The position numbers and the translations under genes are program-made. This document shows positions 1-13,875 of a stretch of DNA of 64,000 bases, piece after piece. Below the pieces are notes generated by a model that saw only the letters and a program-made list of their open reading frames with translations, was not told the origin of the DNA and made no database searches. Location of the stretch: contig OZ024742.1 in NCBI GenBank assembly GCA_964016885.1, positions 285,448,001-285,512,000 of the forward strand, written 5' to 3'. This DNA is from Eledone cirrhosa. Lineage: Eukaryota. How positions within the stretch are numbered: the first letter of the stretch is position 1; every line of letters begins with the position of its first letter.

Positions 1-1070
<1,070 letters not shown>

Positions 1071-1150
1071 AAAACGACACAAAAAGAACAAGCCAATCAG
1101 CCAAATATAATATAGTTGTATATTCTAGAATTTATTTCCACTAATTTATT

Positions 1151-1642
1151 GCAATACAAAATATCCAGTAGTATAACAAACACCTGTACAACATACATAG
1201 CAATACAAAATATCCAGTAGTATAACAAACACCTGTACAACATACATAGCAATACAAAATATCCAGTAGTATAACAAACACCTGTACAACATACATAGCA
1301 ATACAAAATATCCAGTAGTATAACAAACACCTGTACAACATACATAGCAATACAAAATATCCAGTAGTATAACAAACACCTGTACAACATACATAGCAAT
1401 ACAAAATATCCAGTAGTATAACAGAACCTGTACAACATACATAGCAATACAAAATATCCAGTAGTATAACAGAACCTGTACAACATACATAGCAATACAA
1501 AATATCCAGTAGTATAACAAACACCTGTACAACATACATAGCAATACAAAATATCCAGTAGTATAACAAACACCTGTACAACATACATAGCAATACAAAA
1601 TATCCAGTAGTATAACAGAACCTGTAGAACATACGTAGCAAT
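1151..1642. repeat. 49-bp minisatellite, about 10 copies
   Basis: Unit GCAATACAAAATATCCAGTAGTATAACAAACACCTGTACAACATACATA, with a 48-bp variant (CAGAACCTG). Confidence 0.95.
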
Positions 1643-1829
1643 ATGGAACCCCCGCCCAAAGATGATAAAGAGAGGAAAATAAGAAATAGAGTAAGAAAAA
1701 AAAAAGAAAAAAGGGAATCAAGCAACGAAAGAAATGAAGATGAGGAGAGAGCGACAGACTCTACACCCCAGTCCGAGTGGTGGTTCAGGTTCAAAGCCAC
1801 GGATAAAAGGGCTGTTGCAACAATTTGGG

Positions 1830-2010
1830 TGGAGGGGAAAGTCAATTAAATCGAACAGTGCATCACTGGTACTTTATTTTTACGACCCCGTAAGGATGAA
1901 AGGCAAAGCTAATCCCGGTGGAATTTAAACTCAGAACGTAAAGGATCGTAACTCTATGCCGCAAAGCATGCTGTCTAACGTTCTACCGATACTGCCAATC
2001 CACCGCCTTC
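1830..2010 (-). mobile_element. tRNA-derived SINE family A (CORE-SINE-like, resembles Octopus OR-type)
   Basis: Diagnostic CGACCCCGTAAGGATGAAAGGCAAAG...AACTCAG core shared with many copies in the window. Confidence 0.8.
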
Positions 2011-2241
2011 ACATGAGACTATATAATACAAACCTACTAGATCAAAGTAAAAAAAGATATCGCTGCATGATAAATAAATTAATTCGTATTGAAATTAAAT
2101 TGTTAAAATTCTAAAACTTGTTAAACACAACCTAGTCGTGAGCAACTCAAGAGAAAAAAAATCAAACTCAGTATTGCAAGCTAACGGGATACTCGTTAAT
2201 TATAGAGTGCTCCAACTTCTTGCATGGGACTGTGCCAAACT

Positions 2242-2278
<37 letters not shown>

Positions 2279-2714
2279 GTCAATGAAGTTGAGCCAGAGA
2301 TCTTATTATGCTTTGTTGTCTTAGACATAACGCATTGCTGGTGACAAGTTGTGAAATATATATATATTCTACTGGTGGTAATTGACGCATTATTGATTTA
2401 TTAACTGACCTAAGTATAATATTATGGAATTATACCGTTAGCCAATAATGCGCAATAAAATAACAATAAACAAAACCAAACAAATGACCCGCCACTGTAG
2501 ACAAGAAGTTATATACCAACAGTTACCAGGCCGGAATCTGCAAAAGTTTAACAATTCAAGTTTAGTTAATGTGGTGTGGTAAATAAATATATACATTTAC
2601 ACCAGGTCCGAACACAATGGAACCAAACTCTCACTGCCACTGCTTCCGGCTCTTCCGTTCCCCCCATCTCTCACTATTATGAGCAAATGGGGGCTCACGT
2701 ACAGGCCGCCCCGC

Positions 2715-3071
2715 CTCTCCGGCGAACAGGATGGGAAAGGCGTTTTCCCGGAGGATGATGAGAGAGACGCGCTGGAAGAGCCATTCCAGCTCGCGAGGCT
2801 CACACCTGCAGGTAGCCGATGGTAGTGAGTAGGGAGGGAGGGGGGGGGGCTTAAGGCTAAGGACACGAGCAGTCTTCACTGCAACGAACTCGACCGCAAA
2901 CCTGTCGGAGGAGCCACCGATATTTGGAGAGTTTACCCTCCTCCGCCCCCACCAGTATCCCAACCCCCCCCCAAACTGCACCAGGTTGCCGCTGAAGAAT
3001 GTGTCACTGCATGTGGCATCCCACATGAGGGGACAACACACACCGAAACGAGAGGACCCCACCCCCCACAA
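2715..3071 (-). pseudogene. CRE-clade non-LTR retrotransposon restriction-like endonuclease C-terminal fragment
   Basis: Translation PLMWDATCSDT...FVAVKT...EPRELEWLFQRVSLIILRENA matches the WDxTCxDT...RExxxLxQRLSxxIxRGNA pattern of CRE-like RLE domains. Confidence 0.65.
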
Positions 3072-3299
3072 TGGTCATGCCGGTTAAAAACCTAAACATA
3101 CCCTGTTTAGATATCCAGCAAAAGCTCTCTCACTCTAGAGTGATGTATAACAATCTGGAAGGGAGGGTAATTGTAATGGTGGGTGTCTGTGGCAGACCTA
3201 CCAACCTCTAAAAACCTGCCAATCTCTAAAAAACCAAACGAGGTGAACCATGAAAAAAAAAAGTGCCTCAAAACGGGGAGAAATGAGGCAAAATGGGCA

Positions 3300-4973
3300 G
3301 AATTTAAATAATTATTATTTAATCAGAAGTCTGAGTTTGTGGTCAGGAGTTTGATATTTCGAAATTTTCATATTTTTCAAGAAAAAACACATTTAAAAAA
3401 AGTTTATCAGTTCATATAATTAAATCAACAGAGTATATATTTATTTTATTACACAAGCTTATCAAAAGCAAGCAAGTAAAAACAAATAACACTTATAAAG
3501 CAACTTATACACGTCAGAAATGACTGGATTTTCTGGATTTGCGGTTGTAGTCCAGGTCGCATTCCCGCACTAGCCCCCAGATATAGTCCCCCATCATTTT
3601 TTCATTGTAGTGGCCTTGGTACCTCCGCTCTATCTCTTTCACATCTTGGTGGAATCGTTCGCCTTGTTTTTCTGAGTAGGCGCCGATATTGTCCTTGAAT
3701 TTTTCCAGGTGAGCGTCCAGCATATGGAGTTTAAGCGACATCCTGCACCCCATGGCGCCAAAAGCCTTTATCAGATCATGCACCAGTTGCTGGTAGTTTT
3801 CAGCTCTGTAGTTGCCCAGGAAGCCCTTAACAACTGCCTTGAAACAGTTCCATGCTGTTCTCTCAATCCTATTGAGCTTATTGGAGAACTCGGTAAACTC
3901 AAACACCTTCTTTATCTGAGGTCCAACAAAAATTTCCACCTTTGATTTTAGCCTCAGATAACTTGGGGAAGAACTCAAGAAGGTACTTAAAAGCGGCTGA
4001 TTCTTGGTTGAGAGCCTTCACAAACTGCTTCATCAACCCCAACTTAATGTACAGTGGCGGCATGAGCATAATCCTGGGATCAACCAGTGGCTCCCACATG
4101 ACGTTCCGGGTCCCAACTACAAATTCTGTTCGCTGCTCCCAGTTATTTCTTTGGTAGTGGTCAGAGGTGGCTCTGCTGTCCCAAAGGCAGAGGAAGCATT
4201 GGAATTTGATAAAGCCTCCGTGGAGTCCAAGCAGGAAAGCCACCATCTTGAAGTCTCCAATGATTTCCCAATTGTACTGGTTGTATTGCAGAGCTTCCAA
4301 GAGGACTTTCACACTGGAGTAATCTTCCTTCAGGCAGACTGAATGAGCTAGGGGCAGTGTCGGGAAGTTGTTTCCATAGTGGAGGAGGACGGCCTTCAAA
4401 CTTGTGGTGGAGCTGTCTATAAATAGCCGCCACTCCTTGGGCACAAACGGCGCCCCAATAACGTCAAACAGTCCGGGCATGTCATGGCAGAAGCAGAGGC
4501 CATCCCTAAGAGTGTAAACGTCTGAGAAAGGTTCGTGTCGACTTCTCTGACTTGTCACCTGCACTTCCTCCTTGACCAAGTTCCACTGCTTCATCCTGGA
4601 GACGAATGCTTAAAACACAACTTACCCTTTATTCAGGGTGCGAAAATCCAGTATCAATAAATCTTTTTAATCCACTTTTTAACAATTTTATACTTTATTG
4701 CACTTTTATAATTTTCTTTAGGTATTACTCTTTATTTTATAATTTTAATTTAACCTGAAACATATATACACAAATCATTTAACATAAGCAAATTAAACTT
4801 ACATACGTAAAATCCAGCATACAAATAATTCTAGTGAATAGCTTAGAATTTTACAAACCCAAACTTTCAACTGTTTAATAGCACTTTTTTAATTTATTTG
4901 GGACCTAAGCAACACAAAAAAAAAGTGATTACAAGCCAGGAACAAAGAAAAATTTACTTTTTGTTACACGGTG
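3300..4973 (-). mobile_element. CMC-superfamily (Chapaev3-like) DNA transposon relic, internally deleted
   Basis: Minus-strand terminus 5'-CACCGTGTAACAAAAAG at 4973; transposase relic inside; the other TIR was not found, so the left boundary is approximate. Confidence 0.6.
3514..4594 (-). pseudogene. DDE transposase, frameshifted (ORFs 3899-4594 and 3514-3978)
   Basis: Motifs FIDSS (D), GDFK (D), CFLC (C2C), LYIKLGLMKQFVKAL, LHMLDAH (H4H), QGERFHQD (E); N-terminus missing. Confidence 0.8.
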
Positions 4974-5334
4974 TAATGAGAGCTATACCCATTTCTACAA
5001 GAGAAGACACCTCTCACCCACCCCAAAGGCTATTGAAAATCTCCCCGTCGGTCGGGGACAGTTGACAGGTCTGTTGTGGAAAAATTTATTGAAATAAAAA
5101 AAGGACTCTTGATAATGAAAAGGCTGGCTTCCACTGTTTTAAATGATGAAAATAAAGTTTAAACTTTATTTTCACCAAGAAGAGAAATAAGATGTATATG
5201 TGCGTGATAGAGAAGGATGTAACTATAAGTAGTCAAGATCATGTATAATTTATGTATAAGTTGGAAACATACGAGGTTAAATATAATAAATAACCAATAG
5301 GAGCTGAAATAAAACAATTATTCATATAATAAAG

Positions 5335-5365
<31 letters not shown>

Positions 5366-5684
5366 CGCGCGCGCGTGTATTTTCTTCTGGTTTCATTATT
5401 TTTACCAGTAATGTACTGGTAATTACTGGCCTTGTGCCAAAAGTAGAAACAATTATTTTATAAATTTTACCAATAGAGAGGGAGTCAGTTTCTAACATAG
5501 ACACAAGACTCTTTCATTGGAATTTAGACAACATCAACTAGGTAAATATGCATGTGTGTCTACATGTGTGCGTATGTGTTAGGTATGGATATTATTGTAT
5601 GTGTGGCTGTGTATATTTTTAGTTGTATGTGTGCATGTGCATAAATTTTGTATCTGTACATGAGTACATGCAGTTATTACATAC

Positions 5685-5930
5685 AGCATTTTTGGAATGT
5701 TTTACAGATTTTTAGAGTTCAATTAATGGATTGTAATTGTAATTTTCTATCTAGTCGTGTTTTTTCTGGTTCTGTGAAACACAGCTTCTCAGGATTTGTA
5801 CAGGCTGTTACTAACGTATCCCAGTGCTCCAATAATCACAGGTATAAATCTAAAGGTATAGTCAGGGTGGAGTATCTGCAGTTTCCTCATTAGTTCTGCA
5901 TAGATGTTCTCCCTTTCGCTAATTTTTTAT
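5685..5930 (-). pseudogene. R4/Dong-like non-LTR retrotransposon RLE C-terminal fragment
   Basis: Manual minus-strand translation YAELMRKLQILHPDYTFRFIPVIIGALGYV...KLQLQSI..TLKICKTF, with stops; homologous to 39155-39352. Confidence 0.65.
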
Positions 5931-6104
5931 TATGTAACTCAGTACAACCTGTTTCATGGTCGAGTGGCCGTTTGGTCTGGTCAAGCTAGACTTCTGCCTG
6001 CTACTGATACCATGTAACTCACTACAACCTGCTTCATGGTCGAGTGGTCGGCAACTAAACCGGCATCCCCTACCAGTCCCTGTTCTGGTGAGGTCGGTAT
6101 TGGG

Positions 6105-6180
<76 letters not shown>

Positions 6181-6537
6181 CTGTTAAAAGGGTGGCTGAA
6201 CGAATATTTCAAATGGCGGACGGCCTTCAGGAACGAATTAAGTTCATCAACTGAGGCTCCATTGTATGTTTACATTAAAGTCTCCGATCATAGTTTTTTT
6301 TGTTCCATTCCTCAGAGTCAGCGGCCATGCACGCCACTCATTGGTTAAATAGCCTCACCAATTCACAATCGGCCAAGCATGGTGTGTATGGCTACACTGC
6401 TGAAATGACCAAAACCAAACAGAAAGTGGTGGTCAACTAGGGAGGAGTTCCTCAAACTTGAGTGAGAAGATCATGGATTGGATTGGATTGAATATATTGA
6501 GTGTTCTCTTCCTCTTTCTTTCGCATACTGTAATATC

Positions 6538-6576
<39 letters not shown>

Positions 6577-6766
6577 TTAAATAAGATCTATATTCACACG
6601 TAATCATTTATGTAATAAATAATTATTTATTTTTTTAAAGTTTATCTAGTGTCTAAACTTAACAGCTCTTTTCAGTTTTAACGTTATTCTCATTAGCATA
6701 TTTCCCTTGAGTGTTGAATCTTTCTATTCACTATCCTCACTGGACTTATACCATTAAGTTCACGTG

Positions 6767-6807
<41 letters not shown>

Positions 6808-6874
6808 GTGTGTGCATATTTCTATATGTGCATGTTTATATCTATGCATGTATGTATATGCATATATACATAAT

Positions 6875-7053
6875 TGTTTCTACTTTAGGAACAAGGCCAG
6901 CAATTACCCAGTGCATTACTGGTACTTTATTTTATCGACCCCGTAAGGATGAAAGGCAAAGTCAACCTCGGTAGGATTTGAACTCAGATCGTAAAGGGAC
7001 GTAACTATGCTGGAAAGCATGGCGTCCGACCCTCCACCGATACTGCCAATCCA
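6875..7053 (-). mobile_element. SINE family A
   Basis: Near full-length match to other family A copies. Confidence 0.85.
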
Positions 7054-7810
7054 CATATACATGTCTGTATATATGTATATACATATATCTACATGTATAT
7101 ACACACACACTCCCCCTCCCCATATATATATATATAGCAAAGGTTATTTACATTAAGACACAAAGAAAAAAGGCACACATAAATCTATACATACGCACAC
7201 ACATAATCATTCATACATGCACCCCCCCCCCCCCATTTCACCATATGATATATACAGTAACTTAGATATATATCGAAATATACTTTGTTTTCCACTCTGC
7301 AGCATAAAAATGAATATTTTATTTTAATATAAAATTTCCATTCCTGCATTTTCCATAGAATGCCTATAAAAACAGTCCCCGTACACGAATCTGCACTGAC
7401 GCCCAGACTTGTAATTAAATATCGATATATTAATGTATGCATATAAACTATATACATTCATAACCGCATATATGATATTGGACATAATTCAAATATGCAT
7501 AGCCTTGGAAGAGATGATGGTGACGGCGGTAGTGCAGAAAGGGCTGCGCATGTGATACTGCGCATGCGTTAGTGATGGTAAGGTTGATAAAGGCTTGGTG
7601 ACTAACGTAGATCTTTATGTTCATTAATGCATATTAACATTTTTGCACACTTATAAACACTCCCTATCATATATACACACTGTCTTTGTCTGTATATATA
7701 TATATACTGTATATATATAAATGAAAATAGAGAAATTAATGTGAGATATAAATATAAATTCAGCAAGAATCGCATTTCGGCGGGTAGAAATATATATATA
7801 TATATATATA

Positions 7811-7975
7811 TTGTTATACTTTGGGAGGGTCATGTTGCCAATAAGAAACACACGCACCAGTGCAACTGGTGCGTGTGTTTCTTATTGGCAACATGACCCT
7901 CCCAAAGTATAACAATATCGGTTTCAACACACGTTTTCAGATAAAGAATCTTGCTAAACAAATTCAGAAACGAAA
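7811..7975. mobile_element. Mini fold-back derivative of the Penelope-like 3' end, in (TA)n
   Basis: About 50-bp arms (TTGTTATACTTTGGGAGGG...CACCAG / CTGGTG...CCCAAAGTATAACAA) plus ~60-nt extension; matches the terminal sequence of 40812-44087. Confidence 0.9.
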
Positions 7976-8087
7976 TATATATATATATATATTATATATA
8001 TATATATGCACTCACACATAATATAGGTGATTCAATTAAATATTGGTAGTTGTACCAATATGAGCACCTGAAGCAAACACAGATTGT

Positions 8088-8325
8088 ATATAAATAAGAA
8101 AAAAACGATGGTGCTTCGTTTACATATTTTGGTGGTTTTATTGAGTATCTACTTGATACGCGCGTTTGGCTCAAGGTCACCTTGTTGGATAACCAGTCCG
8201 GTGAGCAATCGATGCTGGAGTCGGGTTCATAGGTGACCTTGAGTCAATCATATATGAAACGCACGTAACAGGTCGATACTCAATAAAAACATGTAAACGA
8301 AACTTCATCGTTTTTTTTCTTGTAT
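8088..8325. repeat. Degenerate fold-back element next to (TA)n
   Basis: AAGAAAAAAACGATG..TTCGTTTACAT..TTTTATTGAGTATC..CTCAAGGTCACC mirrored by GGTGACCTTGAG..GATACTCAATAAAA..ATGTAAACGAA..CATCGTTTTTTTTCTT. Confidence 0.75.
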
Positions 8326-8349
8326 ATATATATATATATATATATATAG

Positions 8350-8480
8350 TTCAAGGAGACAACAAACAGAGGTGGTACAAAAAGTCTTATTAGTTTCATG
8401 CTTTATATTGGAAAGTGGAAAGAAAGTTCGACGTGTCGGGAATAAGCCCCTCTTCAGGAGTACAAAATAGAGACAGGATC
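8350..8480 (-). mobile_element. Penelope-type 3' end relic with degenerate hammerhead
   Basis: Minus strand CTGAAGA GGGG cttatt CCC GACA CGTC (GAAA mutated); abuts (TA)n. Confidence 0.5.
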
Positions 8481-8679
8481 ACAATGCGGTAAATATCTTT
8501 ATTTGTTAAGAAATTGTCTTCACCAGAAGATCCCGCCTCTTAGTAGTTTCTTTTACCATAGCTTAGGGTTGACCCAAGCTGTGTGGGGGAAGATTCATCC
8601 AAATAACCTGAGCACACACAATATGATGAAATGACTTAGAGTTAAACTATATCTAATATCACCGAATATTTACTCTCCT

Positions 8680-8850
8680 GTGGAAGCATCATAGCCTAAT
8701 GGTTAAGAATGTTGTTTTTAAATCATTAAGTCCTGAGTTCGATCCAAGTTCTTGGCATGTTAGGCTAGTGTCATTTACCGCAGCCTCGTGTATATCTCAG
8801 TCTTGTGGGTGATATTTAGTAGACGGAGACTGTATGGAACTTCGTCGGAT
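8680..8850 (+). mobile_element. tRNA-derived SINE family C (resembles Octopus OK-type), degraded
   Basis: A-box TAGCCTAATGG, B-box GAGTTCGATCC, tail TAGTAGACGGAGACTG..CGTCG. Confidence 0.6.
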
Positions 8851-8894
8851 GGACTCTAAAAAGTCTAAAGTCTGTCTCGAGCCCAGATCCTCAT

Positions 8895-9145
8895 CAGACT
8901 GGTGCTTATTCTCGGTTTCTGTGGCGTTAAGCATCTGAGACTACAAGACGCTCCCCTGGACAAGATGCCAGTCCTTCGCAGGGTTAAAACTCCAGGTATT
9001 GTTGTTACTTATTTTCAGCTGAATTTACTGGACATGAAGTGACATGAAGTGTTTTGCTCAAGAACACAACACACAACCCAGTCCAGGAATCGAACCCAAG
9101 GCATTATGATCGTAAGTCCAACACACTTACCACAAGGTCACGTGT
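8895..9145 (-). mobile_element. tRNA-derived SINE family B
   Basis: TTTTGCTCAAGAACACAAC...GGAATCGAACC core; same tail as 47400-47625 and 62680-62930. Confidence 0.75.
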
Positions 9146-9604
9146 AATTCAAATGACCAGCCAAGTCATACAGTGTTGAGCTAAGCCTATCTGAGAATTA
9201 CAATAAGAGTACACGTGTCTGTGGAATACTCAGCCACTTACTCTTTAATTTCACGAGGAGGCTATTCCGTTACTCGCGCAACTGAAACTCACATGAAACC
9301 GACGGAAATCCATTTCTACTCTCCCCAAAATAAGAACTTTGACAAATTGTACAACAATACATTAACAGTAAATGAACTCCATCGCCCACGTACTTATGAA
9401 CTAACACGGCATAGCTAAAACCATTGACCGCAGATAATATGCATTATTTATTATTTCCAGAAGTAAATCACACCTCGATTTAAAACAAATTTATTGAATT
9501 TTTTAAAACAGTCGAACTAGCAAAGTCGTTTGTGAGTAGAATAAAATGCTTTATGCTATGCTTTGATGAATTTTGGTTTGGTTTATTTATGTGTTTCCAG
9601 ACCT

Positions 9605-9870
9605 GGCTGTGTGTTTTGTTCTTGAGCAAGACACTTTATTTCACATTGTTCCAGTTTACTCAGCTGTAGAAATGAGTTGCGATGTCACTGGTGCGAAGCT
9701 GTATTGGTCATAGCATTTTCCTTGGACAACATCGGAAGCGTGGAGAGGGGGAGGCCGGTATGCTGGGCCGACTGCTGGTCTGCCATAAACAACTTTGCCC
9801 GGATTTGTGCCTTGGAGGGCAACTTTTTAGGTACAAATCCCATGGTCAATCCTGACTGAAGGGGGTCTTT
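9605..9870 (+). mobile_element. SINE family B, alternative tail
   Basis: CTTGAGCAAGACACTTTATTTCAC core; tail end also found at 31545-31590. Confidence 0.7.
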
Positions 9871-11150
9871 ACACATTTGGTGTATCCCTAATTTCACAAG
9901 AATTTGTTTCATAGTATTATAGGCTGGTTTTCTTAGGATATTTCCTTTGGAAAATGTCCTTTTCCGAAGAATCTATTATATAGAATTTTTTTTATATTTA
10001 TCCATGAATTATAATTTAGTTTAGATACTGAAATATGCTCGTAGCCAGGCGATAAATTAACAGTGTCATTTGACCGTCAAATAGAACGATTTGTGGTATT
10101 CGTTTTGACGATCTTCGCGCTGAGTTCAAAACACATCGAGTTCAACTTTGACATTCATCCTACGAGGTCGATAGCTACAAAACCAGTCAAGTACTGGGGT
10201 AAGCTCTTCCTCTTTGTGTCTTTCTTATTTTATCTCTCTCACTCTCTACCTTTCTATGTAAGAAATCGGCTGTGCTCCGACCTGGAGAGGGATCGGCTTC
10301 GCTATGTATAACATTTCCCAAAGCACGCCGTGTTTCATGCAACGTCACTACGACTCCAACAGGAGTTAAGTGCCCTCTCCTCTTTTAATACGCTATGGTT
10401 TAAGTACATGATAAAAAAAAATATTTAAACAACTAAATATCCTGTCAAGAGTAAAATTTTCACGTTTTAATTATCCGTAAAAACTAAGTAGATCTGACTT
10501 AATTTTACGGCACACCTGAAGATTATTGTTGACATACTAAAGTGTCACAACAGACTATTTGGAAAGGTCAGTTCGGGCAGGTTTAAGTGCCCTAAACGGC
10601 AACTCAACGACTGGTGGAAGGGGGCAATTACCCCGGGCCTTCTGCAGTGGGGAGCCTACCAGTGATGGCCGTAGCAATTTATTTGTGCCCTCAGGTGGGC
10701 TTTTTAGTTTCAGAAGGGTTAGAATTGTTGAATTTAATACCTGTATGTATAACTTTTCAATTGCAATTACTTACGCCAAGCTAACTTTGATATATAAAAT
10801 TGGGAGAGGTGGGTGCCGTGTATTCTATTTTTTTGTGTATGAACCCTCCCGCAAAAAACCTTAAGTGTCCCAGGCCTACCAAGGTCTAAATCCATCCCTG
10901 ACGTAATATGAAACCAATATTGATTTATATATAAGAAAGCGTCAAACGCAATAGTACAAGTCACTTGAAAATCGGGAACGAGAAACTCCGAATAGTGACC
11001 TGATTACATTCAATAAGTCTTTATGGGCTTGGAGTTTTGTCTATTCTGGTGCACGTGGATGTTTGTGCAGGTGTCTGGGTTTGTACGTGTGCCGTATATA
11101 TATATACGCGCATTCACGTGTCTGTGTATACACATACATACATTCATGTA

Positions 11151-11214
<64 letters not shown>

Positions 11215-11534
11215 GTGTGTGTGTATGTGTGTGAATGATGCACCTGTGTGCCAACATGATTGTGTATGTGTGCGGGAAGCTATAGTTGACAGTTGATATA
11301 AGCCATATTGAAGCAAATGAGATTAATTGAGATTATTACTAATGGAGATTAGATATTTTGAGGTGGAGGGGCTGATTGATTAGTTTCGCTTCGATTAAAT
11401 TTACTTCAGACCAGACATACACACACACCCTTCTCCTTTCCCACTCACACCTTCTCCCTTCCCACTCACCCCTTCTCCCTTCCCGTTCACCCCTTCTCCC
11501 ATCCAATCCATTATAACGCTACCTCCTCCACCTT

Positions 11535-11594
<60 letters not shown>

Positions 11595-11696
11595 CCTTCT
11601 CTCTGTCCCTCCCTCGGAGTAGCAGAAGAGAAATCTCAGCAACATATTAACTCCGAAAACATGCCAGCCCAGCGACAACGGCCTCAACCCTGTATG

Positions 11697-11733
<37 letters not shown>

Positions 11734-11833
11734 TCAAGGGTAAGATATTGTCTAGACTAATATATCCACATTATGCGTGTTTGTACGAATTATAAGAATA
11801 TCTGAGAGAAAACACGTTATAAGATCGAATCTT

Positions 11834-11864
<31 letters not shown>

Positions 11865-12065
11865 TTCGTTTCTGAATTTGTTTAGCAAGATTCTTTATCT
11901 GAAAACGTGTGTTGAAACCGATATTGTTATACTTTGGGAGGGTCTGTTGCCAATAAGAAACACACGCACCAGTTGCTTTCACTTCAATTTATTATAATAA
12001 ATTTAGGAATTTATAAATTTCCGGTTAGTTGGTTGGTTCCACAACCAGATGATTGTTTATATAAT

Positions 12066-12108
12066 GTCAAAGTTCTTTCGTCACACATTCTGTGACCTCT
12101 TCAGTGAC
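12066..12108 (-). ncRNA. Minimal type I hammerhead ribozyme motif
   Basis: GTCA-CTGAAGA-GGTCAC agaatgt GTGAC-GAAA-GAAC-TT-TGAC on the minus strand. Confidence 0.75.
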
Positions 12109-12249
12109 TGGGGATTCTTTTCTTTGTTTTTGTGCTTCTCCTTTGTTCTGTCATACGCCATCTTGTTTTTGAAAGCGCCAAACGCAATAGTACAAGATGG
12201 CGTAGGACAGAACAAAAGAGAGACACAAAAACAAAGAAAAGAATCCCCA

Positions 12250-12292
12250 GTCACTGAAGAGGTCACAGAATGTGTGACGAAATAACTTTGAC
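12250..12292 (+). ncRNA. Minimal type I hammerhead ribozyme motif
   Basis: GTCA-CTGAAGA-GGTCAC agaatgt GTGAC-GAAA-TAAC-TT-TGAC. Confidence 0.7.
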
Positions 12293-12500
12293 AATATATA
12301 AACAACCATCTGGTTGTGGAACCAACCAACCAAACGGAAATTTATAAATTCCTAAATTTATAAATTTATTATAATAAATTGAAGTGAAAGCAACTGGTGC
12401 GTGTGTTTCTTATTGGCAACATGACCCTCCCAAAGTATAACAATATCGGTTTCAACACACGTTTTCAGATAAAGAATCTTGCTAAACAAATTCAGAAACG

Positions 12501-12576
<76 letters not shown>

Positions 12577-12662
12577 AAAAGGTAAACAGAAATAATAACA
12601 CAATCGGTACAGTATATGGAAGGGATATATTAGGTTAACACTTGATATAGCAGGAAGAGGGT

Positions 12663-12696
12663 GTTAACGTTTCGGACGCTAGTCCTTCATCAGAAG
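12663..12696 (-). ncRNA. Minimal hammerhead motif of another PLE-type end (element about 12577-12720)
   Basis: CTGATGA A GGAC tagc GTCC GAAA CG TTA; degraded copy at 13605-13640; element terminus repeated at 33571-33605. Confidence 0.6.
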
Positions 12697-12735
12697 AAAG
12701 AATGAGAAATAAGATAGATTATGGGGGCGGTTGGA

Positions 12736-12825
<90 letters not shown>

Positions 12826-13016
12826 TGCCTAAGTTGTTACTGCTCCTAATGAAATTTTAAAAATTTATATTGATGGAGTTGACCTTAGGTTCTAATAGTG
12901 ACTACCTGAGGCACTTTGATTAACCTATACTTTTGTCAGACAATATAATTAATTTCTTTACGTATTAATCAATATTTTAATACACACACCCAGACACAGC
13001 CAGACACACACACGTA

Positions 13017-13112
<96 letters not shown>

Positions 13113-13747
13113 TGTACAGAGTTTTGCCCCTAAAATCTGTCATTATCAACGTGACTTTCGTCGTTATAGCATTGAGCGAATATTTTTTCATTTTTTATTA
13201 TGAAGAGAGAGGTATTGTTGACAATGTAAAAGGATACCATGTTTTGTATAAAGAAATTGTCGCTCCCCGCGTTTACTGTAAATATACATACATTTAATAA
13301 TACATACTATACCATACGACAAAGTCAAAAGCGAAGAACATCAGTAGAAACTTTTATTCATTATTTATATTTCTTCATTCTTTCAACACATTCTTAATAA
13401 ACCTGGCACCACCGTGTTTCAGTAAATAAATCATCCCAATGTTGAATAAATTATTTACATTAAATTGAATTAAACTTAGTTCTATTAACTAATGAAATTC
13501 TTGTTATGCAGTGCTCCCAGACTTAAAATAGAGTGCTGTTCTCTCTTCTGGCATATATTTCCTCCTTCCTTCCTCTTTTCACTCTGTATCTTTCTATTTT
13601 AATTTCCGATGAAGGATTAGTGTCCAAAAACATTAAGATTCTTTGCCTTCTATTTCAAGCTTTAAACTAATACATTTCTTCATTGTGCTGTCGTTCGCTT
13701 TGTTTACTTTTTACACACATATATATAAAAATATATATATAAATATA

Positions 13748-13815
13748 CAGGGTGTCTAAAAAATGTATACACACTTCAACAGCATTCTAATGAAAATGTG
13801 TATACATTTTTGGGG
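13748..13815. mobile_element. Tc1/mariner-like MITE
   Basis: TA-CAGGGTGTCTAAAAAATGTATACAC ... GTGTATACATTTTT inverted termini. Confidence 0.55.
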
Positions 13816-13822
13816 GAGAACT

Positions 13823-13875
<53 letters not shown>

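Larger units (their letters stand above)
11865..12503. mobile_element. Fold-back non-autonomous derivative of the Penelope-like pLTR, in (TA)n
   Basis: About 300-bp inverted arms homologous to the 3' end of both PLE copies; short central spacer near 12167-12191. Confidence 0.92.

Noticed and set aside
1151-1642. CRISPR-like regular array (also 61305-61890)
   Set aside because: Head-to-tail repeats with no unique spacers and no cas genes, in a eukaryotic context
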